Below, in pieces: positions 21,401 through 30,431 of a stretch of DNA of 64,000 nucleotides. The stretch lies in assembly GCA_963755125.1 (NCBI GenBank), contig CAVWIP010000002.1, positions 32,001 through 96,000 on the forward strand, in the 5' to 3' direction. The notes below the pieces were generated by a model. It was not told where the DNA came from. It did no database searches and saw only the letters and a program-made list of their open reading frames with translations. Position 1 is the first letter of the stretch. Each line of letters starts with the position of its first letter. The position numbers and the translations under genes were made by a program. This DNA comes from an uncultured delta proteobacterium (GTDB lineage Bacteria > Myxococcota_A > Polyangia > Fen-1088).

Positions 21401-21802
21401 GAGGACAACGTCGACGCCGCGGACAGCCTGCGCGAGGCACTCGAATTTGGTGAACACGAGGTGGCCGTGGCCTACAACGGGCCCGACGGGCTCTCCATAG
21501 CCCGCGAGTTCCGGCCCGAGGTGGTGTTCTGCGACATCGGGCTGCCTGGCATGGACGGCTTTGAAGTTGCGCGTGCGTTTCGGGCCGACCAGGCACTCAA
21601 TGCGGCGTTTCTGGTGGCATTGAGTGGCTATGCGCTGCCCGATGATCTGCAACGCGCTTCCGAGGCTGGCTTTCACCGCCACCTCGCCAAGCCGCCGAGC
21701 CTTGAGAAGCTCGAGGGTGTGCTCGCGGAACTGGTCCCTTGGAAGGTTTGTGCTGCTCAGCCCGGTGCGGGACGAGCCTTCAGTGGGGAAACGCCAGGCT
21801 GA
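18443..21802 (+). CDS. Large hybrid histidine kinase (multi-TM sensor, PAS, GAF, HisKA, HATPase, REC)
   Basis: TM block with MKFNTA/RMAPSTA; PAS (VTLSSIGDGVI...DSAAPI); GAF (AVCGCVA, YCCHPL); SHELRNPL; start estimated at GTG 18443 (ORF open from 18272). Confidence 0.9.
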   Translation: MAQNTRLARVADGCALLTAAIGLCSLAGWVLDIDSLKRVLPGLAAMKFNTALSFVLAGAGLWGRQRPSVRLALGALVALLGALSLGEYLAGLNLGIDQLFVRDVVAPSEEVFPPGRMAPSTALCFLSLGVALTGSGGAQRQRAPHATRRIGPAVELLALVATVIAGLSLIAFPTGAVYLRQWPGFVSMALPTAVAFVVLGVGILCAAEGMVVRSVGLRGTGGVLWVGFGVLTLLLATVGTVFAVNLQTLADDLHSQANVARPRREATLELENGVLGYGQAIHPAMAGDTQARQTASEEAIEIDRDLAEYRALVTTDHQRDLAARFAAEWRDVHALGAALLEAGSQASPEDQAHFAVLRMRLQNMVKDEMRSDAVESFEVRKSTTLRDLQTTSHLPLLLLVVSVLLALLTSGVVARAVSKQEQAVRDQREWLRVTLSSIGDGVIACDTERRVTFLNPVAESLTGWKTDEALGKPIATILRLINEQTHEPAGDIAEQVLREGRVVALANHTALITRDGRQIPIEDSAAPITDDSGKVSGAVLVFHDVTQRRRAIDQLKESEARLRLLSGTAGRLLAAENPQTVVNELCQGVMDHLDCQAFFNFLADESTGRLRLNACAGILDEEVSKLQWLDYGVAVCGCVARDKQRIIAEDILNSSDRRTDLVKSYGIQAYCCHPLMVQGQLIGTLSFGTRTRSRFSPEDVETMRTVADQVATAMERMQAQVALSAANQQLVEADRRKNEFLAVLSHELRNPLAPIRNSLYILDRATPGSEQAHRAQMIIDRQVGHLSRLVDDLLDLTRISRSKIRLECRPLELNDLVRRTVEDHRLLFEKSEIQLEIKVAAERCSVNADGTRLAQVIGNLLQNAAKFTSRGGRVTVSVSVDQAKRHAVLRVSDNGIGIPPELIGRLFQPFMQADSTLDRSKGGLGLGLALVKGLAELHGGEVGAHSDGLGKGAEFVVRLPLAIDNVIAPEAGGGHDRAAGRRVLIIEDNVDAADSLREALEFGEHEVAVAYNGPDGLSIAREFRPEVVFCDIGLPGMDGFEVARAFRADQALNAAFLVALSGYALPDDLQRASEAGFHRHLAKPPSLEKLEGVLAELVPWKVCAAQPGAGRAFSGETPG

Positions 21803-21926
21803 CTCACCTCGGGGGCAAACCGGTCCGGCGTTGCTGCCATGCCACGTCTCGGCCAGCTTGAGCATCGAACGGCGAAGCAATCTAACCCAGCGTTCAAGGG
21901 GAGCAGCGGCCACCGAGGAGAGAGAC

Positions 21927-23123
21927 ATGACGATGACAATGGAGCGACGGCAGTTTCTGACAGCAAGCTTGGCCGGTCTGGGCAGCATCGTGTTCGCCTC
22001 TGATCTGCTCAGGGGCAAAGCGGCGCGAGCGGCCAGCCGGAGCGGCGAGGATTTCTTCTTCGTGCAGCTATCGGACACGCACTGGGGGTTCAACAATCCC
22101 GCCATCAACCCTGACTTCGCCAGCACCTTGCCCAAGGCCATCGCCGCAGTGAACGTCTTGCCGCACCAGCCGGACTTCGTCGTGTTCACCGGCGACCTGA
22201 CCCACACCACCGACGACGACAAGGAACGTCGGGCGCGCCTGGCCAAGTTCCGCGAGCTGAGCCGCGGGCTGAAGGTCGACAACATCAGGTACCTGCCTGG
22301 CGAGCACGACGCCTCGCTCGACCGGGGTGCGGCCTATCGCGAGCAGTTCGGCCCCTCGTACTACGTGTTCGATCACAAGGGGGTACACTTCATCGCGCTC
22401 GACAACGTGTCGGACGCCGCGGCCCATCTGGGCGATGAGCAGCTACGCTGGCTCGACGCCGACCTCAAGAAGCAGAACCACGCGGCCCCCATTGTCGTGC
22501 TCACCCACCGGCCGCTGTTCGATTTGGCGCCCGACTGGGACTGGGCGACGCCCGACGGAGGCCGGGCGGTTGAGCTGCTCATGCCCTACCAGAACGTCAC
22601 CGTCCTGTACGGACACATCCACCAGGAGAACCATCACCAGAGTGGACACATCGGCCACCACGCGGCGAAGGGGCTGATGTACCCGCTACCGGCGCCGCAT
22701 TCGGTGCCCAAGAAGGCGCCGATTCCCTGGGATCCGGTTCATCCCTACCAGGGGTTGGGATACCGCCAGGTCCAGGCGCGCGTCCGGCAGACGGACCTGG
22801 CGCTCACCGAACTTCCCGTGGTGCCGGCCAAGCAGCCGTTACCGTCGGAGCAGGTGGTGAAGGTGACGGCGAAGAAGTTCGAGTATTCTCCCAGCGTGAT
22901 CGTGCTGAAGCGGGGTGTGCCCGCGGTTTTGCAACTGACGTCGCTCGACCGACGGCACGGCTTCAACTGCCCTGGGCTCAATTTGCAGGCGGAGATCAAT
23001 CCCGGGACGGTCACCCGGGTGAAGTTCACGCCTGACAGGGTAGGCGAGTTCCCCTTCCACTGCGACGTCTTTTGCGGCAGCGGTCACGACCAGATGGAGG
23101 GCACCATCAAGATTACCGAGTAG
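21927..23123 (+). CDS. Tat-exported metallophosphoesterase fused to a CuA-like cupredoxin domain
   Basis: ERRQFL Tat motif; SDTH, TGDL, GEHD, GHIH; C-terminal HGF...CDVFCGSGHDQM. Confidence 0.85.
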   Translation: MTMTMERRQFLTASLAGLGSIVFASDLLRGKAARAASRSGEDFFFVQLSDTHWGFNNPAINPDFASTLPKAIAAVNVLPHQPDFVVFTGDLTHTTDDDKERRARLAKFRELSRGLKVDNIRYLPGEHDASLDRGAAYREQFGPSYYVFDHKGVHFIALDNVSDAAAHLGDEQLRWLDADLKKQNHAAPIVVLTHRPLFDLAPDWDWATPDGGRAVELLMPYQNVTVLYGHIHQENHHQSGHIGHHAAKGLMYPLPAPHSVPKKAPIPWDPVHPYQGLGYRQVQARVRQTDLALTELPVVPAKQPLPSEQVVKVTAKKFEYSPSVIVLKRGVPAVLQLTSLDRRHGFNCPGLNLQAEINPGTVTRVKFTPDRVGEFPFHCDVFCGSGHDQMEGTIKITE

Positions 23124-23180
23124 CCAACCTGCGATATCAATGGCAAGATCTGCACCGTCCCTACCCGGAGGTGTGTGTCG

Positions 23181-23813
23181 ATGAGCTGCTATCGCGTCCC
23201 GGAGCCGTTTCGTCCGATCTTCGAGAAGGCTGAGAGCTACGTTCAGAGGCTGTTCAACGATGTCGTGCGCAAGCCTGAGCAGGGTACCATCCACATCGGT
23301 GGCGAACGCTACGTCTGGCTCCGCTGTGAGAGCCTGTATCTGAGCTGGTTCGAACGTATGGCCACAGCCTTTGGCGCCGACGCAGCCCGGGAGTTCATCT
23401 ACAACACCGCCCGCGAGATCGGACGCTCCGACTCCGAGGCGTTCGCGCAGCGCCTGAAAGTACCACCGGGGGTGGAAAGGCTCGCTGCCGGACCGATCCA
23501 TTTCGCTCATGCGGGCTGGGCTTTCGTCGACATCTTGCCCGATAGCGCTCCGGCCACCAACGATTCCTATTTCCTACACTACTATCACCCCAACACTTTC
23601 GAGTCTGAGGTGTACAACAAACGGGGCAAGCAGAGCGACAGTTGCATTTGCTATTTCAGCGCCGGCTACTCCGCCGGCTGGTGCTCGGCGGCCTTTGGCG
23701 TGGACGTCCACGGCCGGGAGATCCGCTGCACGGCACGCGGCGACAAGTCCTGCGAGTTCATCATGGCGCCGGAAGGCAAACTGGATCCACTTCAGAAGAA
23801 GCTTTTGGGGTGA
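23181..23813 (+). CDS. Stand-alone XylR_N/V4R domain protein
   Basis: GTIHIGGERY, FAHAGWA, CYFSAGYSAGWC, EIRCTARGDKSCEF. Confidence 0.8.
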   Translation: MSCYRVPEPFRPIFEKAESYVQRLFNDVVRKPEQGTIHIGGERYVWLRCESLYLSWFERMATAFGADAAREFIYNTAREIGRSDSEAFAQRLKVPPGVERLAAGPIHFAHAGWAFVDILPDSAPATNDSYFLHYYHPNTFESEVYNKRGKQSDSCICYFSAGYSAGWCSAAFGVDVHGREIRCTARGDKSCEFIMAPEGKLDPLQKKLLG

Positions 23814-23816
23814 ACC

Positions 23817-24083
23817 TTGCCTGCCTTCGGTTTCGCCGGTAACAAGCCGGAAGGCCTCTCGATCTTCTCAAAAGAAGTATTCGACGTGGTGGCCAGGTAT
23901 ACAGCGTTCCCCTGGCCGATTATTTCCGCGCAGTGCCGCCGCGCCAATGTTGACCCGGTGAATCTAGACGGGGAGGGTCTGCGGAAGGTTCTCGATTTCA
24001 TCGCCGAGGGAGTCGGATATTTCACGTCGCCGGAAAAGGCGATGCTCGTGCGGCGGGAACTCGCCCTCCTTGCCAGGGTTTGA
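23817..24083 (+). CDS. Small hypothetical protein
   Basis: ORF begins 3 bp after the V4R stop; protein-like composition. Confidence 0.55.
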   Translation: MPAFGFAGNKPEGLSIFSKEVFDVVARYTAFPWPIISAQCRRANVDPVNLDGEGLRKVLDFIAEGVGYFTSPEKAMLVRRELALLARV

Positions 24084-24119
24084 ATAGCAGCCGACGTGGG
24101 ATACCCTCGATCTGCGCGC

Positions 24120-24938
24120 ATGTCGGGCAGCAAGACCAGACTTGGCTTTTCCGGCGGCGACGAGCCGCCTCCCTCGGATTCCGAGGGCGAGGCTTCGCCA
24201 CGCGCGGCTCGTACCATGATCGGACATGACATCCATCTGCGTGCGCCGCTCGATCTGCGTCCCGCGGGCAGCGCCCCGCTGACCCCTCGGCAAGGGACGC
24301 CGGCCCGCGTGCCCGAGACCCCGCGGCAAGAGGCGCTGGGCGGCGTGCCCGAGGCCATCACCGACGACACCACCGAGGAACTTCCCGCGCGTCCCAGTCA
24401 CAGCGGCAAGACCAAGTTTCCGGCGCTGGCACGGTTGTTCGGCCGCTGGACCACCGGGGGCCGCTTTCTCTCGCGCAGTCGCATGTCGGGCAGCGATGAC
24501 GATTTTTCGGACGTGCCGCGCGAGGCCTGGGTTTCCCGCGCAGGCGTCTTTCTGCTGGCCGCCGTCTTCAGTTTCCTCGTGGCATTGGCGGTGCTCAAAT
24601 TGCACCGATGCAGCACAGCGGCCTCGGGGCCGTCTGTCCCGACGCAGGTGTCGGCGACGTCAGCCCCTTATGTGCCACCCGCCGCTGGCGTGGCGCCGGA
24701 GGTCTTGCCCACGCCGTCTCCGGCGCCGGGTCCGTCCGCGGCCGCGCCGGTTGCTGCAATCTCGGTTGCGTCTGCGGCGCAGTTTCAGGGCGTTGGCCCC
24801 ACGATCAGCCATCGGCCCGCGAGACGGGCAGGGTCTGACGCCACCGGGAAGCCTGGCAGCAAGCCCAGGCCGCACGATCGCGTGACGTCCCCCACGGGGA
24901 AGATGGCCAGGGACGCCCTCCTGCCGCTCAACATGTAA
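24120..24938 (+). CDS. Hypothetical single-pass membrane protein, Pro/Ala-rich
   Basis: Central TM (AGVFLLAAVFSFLVALAVL) with low-complexity flanks; start uncertain. Confidence 0.6.
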   Translation: MSGSKTRLGFSGGDEPPPSDSEGEASPRAARTMIGHDIHLRAPLDLRPAGSAPLTPRQGTPARVPETPRQEALGGVPEAITDDTTEELPARPSHSGKTKFPALARLFGRWTTGGRFLSRSRMSGSDDDFSDVPREAWVSRAGVFLLAAVFSFLVALAVLKLHRCSTAASGPSVPTQVSATSAPYVPPAAGVAPEVLPTPSPAPGPSAAAPVAAISVASAAQFQGVGPTISHRPARRAGSDATGKPGSKPRPHDRVTSPTGKMARDALLPLNM

Positions 24939-24974
24939 CAGCCAGCCCGTCTGCGTTCACACCGTCCGGAAACG

Positions 24975-24989
24975 TGGCACTAGTCTTGC
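24975..24989 (+). promoter_or_regulatory. Candidate sigma54 promoter of pcnB
   Basis: TGGCAC-TAGTC-TTGC matches TGGCAC-N5-TTGC exactly, 33 bp before ATG 25022. Confidence 0.6.
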
Positions 24990-25021
24990 CCGAAGCTGTA
25001 AGCCATGCTACGGGACACTAG

Positions 25022-26509
25022 ATGCAAATCAGGCCCGACCAGATCGATCCAGATGCCGCCAAGGTGGTCGAGCGGCTGCTCCAGTCCAAACACGAGGCCT
25101 ATCTGGTCGGCGGTTGCGTGCGCGATCTGCTGCTGGGGCGCAAGCCGAAGGATTTCGACGTGGCGACCAGCGCGAAGCCCAACGAGCTGCGCCGTTTGTT
25201 CCGCAATTGCCGCATCATCGGTCGCCGTTTCCGCCTGGCCCATATCTTCTTTGGCAGGAAGATCATCGAGACGTCTACCTTCCGCGCCAATCCGCGCGCA
25301 GCCGTGGACGACCAGGGCGGCAATGGCAACGGCTCCGACGCGAAGGACCTGCTCATCCGGCACGACAACGAGTTCGGCAGCGCCGTTGAGGATGCCCGCC
25401 GCCGCGACTTCACCATCAACGGTCTTTTCTACGACATCAGCACGGGCCAGGTCATCGACCACGTCAACGGGATGGTCGACCTGGAAGCGCGGTTGGTGCG
25501 AACCATCGGCGATCCCGATATCCGCTTCCGCGAGGATCCGATTCGCATCCTGCGGGCGGTGAAATTTGCCGCCCGCTGCGATCTTACCATCGAGCCGGAA
25601 ACCTACCGACGCATGATGGAGCACAAGGGCGAGATCGCCAAGTGTGCCCAAGCTCGGGTTTCCGAGGAGTTCTTCCGTCTCCTGCGCGCGGGCGCGGCTC
25701 GCCGCTCCTTCGAGCTTCTGCTCGGCACCGGCCTGCTCGCGGTTCTGTCGCCCGATCTGGCCAGGGCGCTCCAGCAGGAGCCGGCCGACGAAGCCGCTCG
25801 GGTGCGCCTGGCTCGTTTCTGGGCCTACCTCGCGGCCGTCGACCGCTCGACCACAAGCCGCGAGGAAACTCCCTCGGATGCGTTGGTGCTGGCCACGCTC
25901 CTCCTGCCGCCCTTGCGCGACGCCTTGCACCCCGACAGCACGGCCTTTCCCGACCTGGGGCAGTTGGTCCTGCAATCGGCACAGTCCATTGTCGAGCAGC
26001 TCAAGGCCTCGCGTCGTGATGCGGAGCTGTCGCGTCAGATCTTGCTGGCCACGCGCTACCTGTTCCCGTCGAGCAACCGCCAGCGCCCCAATCTGGAGAG
26101 CCGCGATTTCTACCAGGACGCGCTACGGTTGGTGGAAATCGTCACCGACGCGGAAAGCAGCAACCCTGCTCTGGCAGGCCGGCCGCTGCTTGCCCCCGAG
26201 GGCAGCGCCGTGGCCGTCGCAGATGAAGCGCTGCCCGCCGACCTGCAGCCCTCTCTCGATCGTTCGCGTCGTCGTCGTGGCCGGCGCGACCGCCGCCTTG
26301 CCCAGCCCAGTGCTCCGCTGCGCGCGGGCGAGCTGCCACCCAGCGCGCCCCCGCGCGAAGTGCCAGCAGCGGGGCTTGCGCCTGACCTTCGTTCTCCGGG
26401 ATTGACGCCCATCCCAGGCCTGACCGATCTGTTGCGGCCGGTGTCTCGTCGCCCGGCGTTCCTGGGAGCAGGACCGTTCGGAAGTCGCTGGGGCGCCCGC
26501 GCGGACTAG
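25022..26509 (+). CDS. pcnB: Poly(A) polymerase I
   Basis: GGCVRDLL...KDFDVAT; PAP-specific IIGRRFRLAHI; RRDFTIN; EDPIRILRA. Confidence 0.93.
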   Translation: MQIRPDQIDPDAAKVVERLLQSKHEAYLVGGCVRDLLLGRKPKDFDVATSAKPNELRRLFRNCRIIGRRFRLAHIFFGRKIIETSTFRANPRAAVDDQGGNGNGSDAKDLLIRHDNEFGSAVEDARRRDFTINGLFYDISTGQVIDHVNGMVDLEARLVRTIGDPDIRFREDPIRILRAVKFAARCDLTIEPETYRRMMEHKGEIAKCAQARVSEEFFRLLRAGAARRSFELLLGTGLLAVLSPDLARALQQEPADEAARVRLARFWAYLAAVDRSTTSREETPSDALVLATLLLPPLRDALHPDSTAFPDLGQLVLQSAQSIVEQLKASRRDAELSRQILLATRYLFPSSNRQRPNLESRDFYQDALRLVEIVTDAESSNPALAGRPLLAPEGSAVAVADEALPADLQPSLDRSRRRRGRRDRRLAQPSAPLRAGELPPSAPPREVPAAGLAPDLRSPGLTPIPGLTDLLRPVSRRPAFLGAGPFGSRWGARAD

Positions 26510-26513
26510 ACGA

Positions 26514-27194
26514 TCACGGCAGGTAGCGCGTGGGATCCGGGACACCGGCTTCCTGGAAACCGCGCCGCCGGATCTGACACGAGTCGCACGCGCCGCAAGC
26601 CGCGCCGTCGGGCGCGGGATCGTAGCAAGAATGGGTTAGACCGTAGTCGACCCCGAGAGCTGCACCGGCGCGAATGATCTCAGCCTTGGTCATGCCCACC
26701 AGAGGCGCCACCAGTTCGACCGGTCGTCCCTCGACGCCCGCGCGGGTGCCCAGGCGCGCGACCTCTTGCATGGCGCGCAGCCATTCGGGCCGGCAGTCGG
26801 GGTACCCGGAAGAATCGAGGACGTTGATCCCGAGCGCGATGCGCTCGGCGCCCATGATCTCGGCCACCGCCAGCGCGTGCGCCACGAACAAGGTGTTGCG
26901 TGCGGGAACATAGGTCACAGGAATTCCATCCCCGATCTCCGCGTCGCTGCGGCCCTTGGGAACCGCGCCCTGGCCAGTGAGCGCCGAACCGCCCATCCCT
27001 CCCAGATCGATCTTGCACACGCGATGGGAAGCCGCGCCCAGCGCCCGGGCCACGCGTGAGGCCGCCTGCAATTCCACCGCGTGGCGCTGGCCGTAGTGAA
27101 AACTCAGGGTGTGGCACAGAATCCCCTGGGCACGGCACATGGCGAGCACGGTGGCCGAGTCGAGCCCACCGGAAAGCAGCACGATGACCTGCAT
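26514..27194 (-). CDS. queC: 7-cyano-7-deazaguanine synthase
   Basis: LLSGGLDS, YGQRH, TYVPARN, GYPDCR, SCY...CGACDSC. Confidence 0.97.
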   Translation of the reverse strand: MQVIVLLSGGLDSATVLAMCRAQGILCHTLSFHYGQRHAVELQAASRVARALGAASHRVCKIDLGGMGGSALTGQGAVPKGRSDAEIGDGIPVTYVPARNTLFVAHALAVAEIMGAERIALGINVLDSSGYPDCRPEWLRAMQEVARLGTRAGVEGRPVELVAPLVGMTKAEIIRAGAALGVDYGLTHSCYDPAPDGAACGACDSCQIRRRGFQEAGVPDPTRYLP

Positions 27195-27228
27195 GTCGGG
27201 AATCTATTGCATACTCTGACCCCTGCCC

Positions 27229-28071
27229 ATGCCCGTGAAGAACGTTTTTCCGCGCGCCGATGAGGAAGCAGGTTCCCGCGAGGCCTTCGAGGACGCCGCG
27301 CTGTACGATTTCGAGTACCGCCGCCGCCGCGCTGACATCAACTTCTACCGGCGCCTGGCCCAGGACCGCACGCAGTTCGCGCCGCCGGGTCCGATCCTGG
27401 ATCTGGCCTGCGGCACAGGGCGGCTGCTGCTGCCGCTGCTCCGCGACGGTCACATGGTGGTCGGGCTCGATCGGTCGGCGTCCATGCTGGCCGCGGCTCG
27501 GCGCCGGGTCGCGCGCCTTTCGGCCACCCGCCGCGCGCACTGCCTGCTGTTGCGGGCCGATCTGCGCAGCTTTGCCCTGCGACCGCGTTTTGCCTTGGCG
27601 GTGGCCGCCTTCCACAGCGTGCAGCACATCTACGCAGAGGCCGATCTGCGGCGCTTTCTACGCGCGACGCGGGCCTGTCTGGTTCCAGGCGGCTGGCTTG
27701 CATTCGACGTGTTGCCGCCGGATCCGGCGTGGATCGGACGCGATCCCCATCGCCGCTGGGGCCGCACCGTGTTCCGCCACCCGGTATCGGGGCAGCGGCT
27801 GGTCTCCACCAACAACCACCGATTCGACCCGCGCAGGCACGTTCTGCACATGCGCTTGTACTACCAGCCCATCGACGAGCACGGCCGCCCCTCGGGGCCG
27901 GAGCGGGTGGTGCCGCTGTGCCACCGGCAGCTTGAGCCGGCCCTGGTCAAGGGCCTGCTGGCCAAAACGGGCTTCCGCCTGCTGGCTTGTTTCGGCGGCT
28001 TCGACGGCAGGCCCGTCGATGGAGATCCAGGCCTGGCAGACGAGCATATCTACCTGGCCGCGGTGCGCTAG
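27229..28071 (+). CDS. Class I SAM-dependent methyltransferase
   Basis: ILDLACGTGR, GLDRS..ML, ADLR, LVPGG. Confidence 0.9.
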   Translation: MPVKNVFPRADEEAGSREAFEDAALYDFEYRRRRADINFYRRLAQDRTQFAPPGPILDLACGTGRLLLPLLRDGHMVVGLDRSASMLAAARRRVARLSATRRAHCLLLRADLRSFALRPRFALAVAAFHSVQHIYAEADLRRFLRATRACLVPGGWLAFDVLPPDPAWIGRDPHRRWGRTVFRHPVSGQRLVSTNNHRFDPRRHVLHMRLYYQPIDEHGRPSGPERVVPLCHRQLEPALVKGLLAKTGFRLLACFGGFDGRPVDGDPGLADEHIYLAAVR

Positions 28072-28223
28072 TCGGTGCCCTGCGGTAGCGCCTCCCTCGG
28101 CCATGGTTTCGTCGCCCGTCGAGCCCACTCGCGTTCCCCGACGGAAAACTCTTGACGAACTTTGGCTCCTGGCTACGATGCGGGTAGTTCTGATCTCCCC
28201 ACATAAAGACGGAGGGCGGAGAA

Positions 28224-28544
28224 ATGCAGGAAAAAGTAGCAAGGCTGGGAATCGCTCGTGAGAAGGACATGATGTACTACGTGAAGGACGGAGCAGTCTG
28301 GAAGGTCCGTCGCAAGCAGCCGGGTGTGCCGAAGGGAAAGCCCGAGAAGGTTGCGGACGGCGGCTTCGAGATGGACAACAACTACATCTATTTCCTCGAC
28401 AAGGCCGGCGATGCGGCTCGCGCCAAGCGCGCCGTCGGCGGGCAGAAGCGCAAGAAGGCGGCCAAGAAGGCCAAGAAGGCGGCCAAGAAAGCCAAGAAGG
28501 CGGCCAAGAAAGCCAAGAAAGCGGCCAAGAAGAAGCGGCGCTAG
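28224..28544 (+). CDS. Small basic DNA-binding protein: two Cc1-like repeats plus histone H1-like KKAAKKA tail
   Basis: EKVARLGIAREKDMMYYVKDG / EKVADGGFEMDNNYIYFLDKAGD; Lys/Ala tail; RBS and terminator present. Confidence 0.75.
   Translation: MQEKVARLGIAREKDMMYYVKDGAVWKVRRKQPGVPKGKPEKVADGGFEMDNNYIYFLDKAGDAARAKRAVGGQKRKKAAKKAKKAAKKAKKAAKKAKKAAKKKRR
28452..28532 (+). repeat. 21-bp tandem repeat, ~4 copies (KKAAKKA)
   Basis: AAGAAGGCGGCCAAGAA(G/A)GCC repeated. Confidence 0.9.
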
Positions 28545-28573
28545 CCTGCTTCTCCTGTAATCTCGCAATCAAG

Positions 28574-28606
28574 AGAGCGGCGGTACCCATCCGCCGCTCT
28601 TTTTTT
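28574..28606 (+). terminator. Rho-independent terminator
   Basis: AGAGCGGCGG-loop-CCGCCGCTCT followed by a T run. Confidence 0.9.
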
Positions 28607-28686
28607 GTCTCGTCGGTTCCGCCGGGTGCATGCCGTCCACGACCACGCAACTTTCCCCTGCTGAAGCCACGGAGTGTTGTTAGGAC

Positions 28687-30371
28687 ATGACAGGCTCTCC
28701 CCGATTTCCTCACAGCCGCGCCCCGACCTGGCGCAGGCTTGCCATCGTCGTCCTTGCCGCTGCGTCGTGCAAGCTCGCGCCGCCCAGTAATTCCCACGGG
28801 AGCACCGGTCAGGGCGGCACAGTTGCAGGCAGCGGTGGGTCAGGCGGCAGCAAGTCCGGCGGCAGCGGCGGGTCAGCCGGGCAAAGTGGCGGCAGCCACT
28901 CCGGCGCAGGCAGCGTGGGCTCGGGCGGGCTGGCCGCCAGCGGCGGAAGCACAGCCATCAATGGCAGCGGAGGCGCTGGTGGCACGGCAAGCAGTTCGGG
29001 CGGCGGAGGTGCGGGTGGAACCTCGGGCAGCGGCGGGACCTCGGGCAGCGGCGGAACCTCGGGTGGCGGCGGAACCTCGGGTGGCGGTGCGACGGCCGGG
29101 AGTGGCGGGGCCAGCTCCGCCGTCGAGGCGCGCGATGCCTCGGTCCCAGACGTCGCGGTCGATACGGCGCCGTCGCGAGGCCCCACGCAATCGACGACTG
29201 GACACAAATTTCCCTTTCCGCAGAATCGAGAGTCCAGCCGATGTGTCTATCCGGCCGGGTACCGCAATGAGGACGTGCAGGCGGCTTACGCGCAGTGGAA
29301 GAGCGACAACGTGACCTCGACTGGCGCCAAGAACTACCTGCGCGTGCAGCGGCCGAACGAGCCGGGGGAAACCTTCAGAAGGGCTCCACCGTTTCCGAGG
29401 GCATCGGCTACGGCATGCTCATCGCCGTCTACATGGACGACCAGAATCTGTTCGACAATCTGTGGATGTACGAGCAGCAGTTTCTCGATGGCACGACCGG
29501 TCTTATGAATTGGTACATCAGTGCCGACGGCTCGGGTCCTGGCACGGCCGCGGACGGTACCTCCGGATCCGGTCCCGCAACCGACGCCGACGAGGACATG
29601 GCTTTTGCGCTGATCATGGCCGACAAGCAGTGGGGGGGGCAACTGGCCATGGCGGGCAAGAACTACATCGACATCGCCAAGGGCCAGCTCACGAAAGTCT
29701 GGGACAACGAGATCTTCAATTACATTTACCTGAAGCCGGGCGCCTGGGGCGACAACACGACCATCAACCTTTCATACTTCGCCCCAGCCTATTACAAGCT
29801 GTTCGCCACGGTCGATACGGCCAACGCAACCAACTGGACCAATGTCGTCAACACCATGTACACGGTGCTCAACGCCTCGCTGAATTCCAGTAATGGCAAC
29901 TCCAGCAATGGGCTCGTGCCTGCCTGGTGTAACAGCAACGGGCAGCCCAATGGGGGCGCCTTCGGGCCCGGCAAGACCGCGCCCACGAACTATCAGTACG
30001 ACTCGTGCCGGACGCCGTTCCGCATTGGCCTCGACTATTGCTGGAATGGCGAGACGCGCGCGAAAAATTACGTGGCCAATACCAGCAGCTTCTTCAGCGG
30101 CATCGGCGCGACCAACATGGTCGACGGCTATGCTCTGAACGGAAACGCGCAGGCGCAGTACCAGACCGGTTCGACCCAGTCGTCGGCGTTTGTCGGGCCG
30201 GCCGGCGTGGGGGCCATGAGCAACTCAAACTATCAGGGCTTCGTCAATGACGCCTATGGCGTGCTGATTACCGGCAAGGCGCTGGTGGGCGGCACGTACT
30301 ACGACGATTCATGGATGGTCATGTCGCTGCTCATGATGACCGCCAATTTTCTCGACTACACGGCGTATTGA
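28687..30371 (+). pseudogene. GH8 glycoside hydrolase lipoprotein with a frameshift at ~29364-29368
   Basis: 5' ORF: lipobox AASC, Gly/Ser linker, FPFPQN; 3' frame: TVSEGIGYGML, ATDADED, YFAPAYY, YQYDSCRTP; one extra G in the G5 run fuses them. Confidence 0.85.
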
Positions 30372-30431
30372 GTTCATCCTTCATAGATTCGGTCCGGACG
30401 CGCGAAGCCGGCAATCCTCAGGAGATGTTCC

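Noticed and set aside
26514..27194. queC as part of a DNA-modification or Qat-type defence system
   Set aside because: Canonical-length QueC in housekeeping context with no dpd or qat partners
29366..29372. GGGAAAC as a programmed -1 frameshift site in GH8
   Set aside because: The heptamer is not phased X XXY YYZ in the upstream frame; a simple indel explains it better
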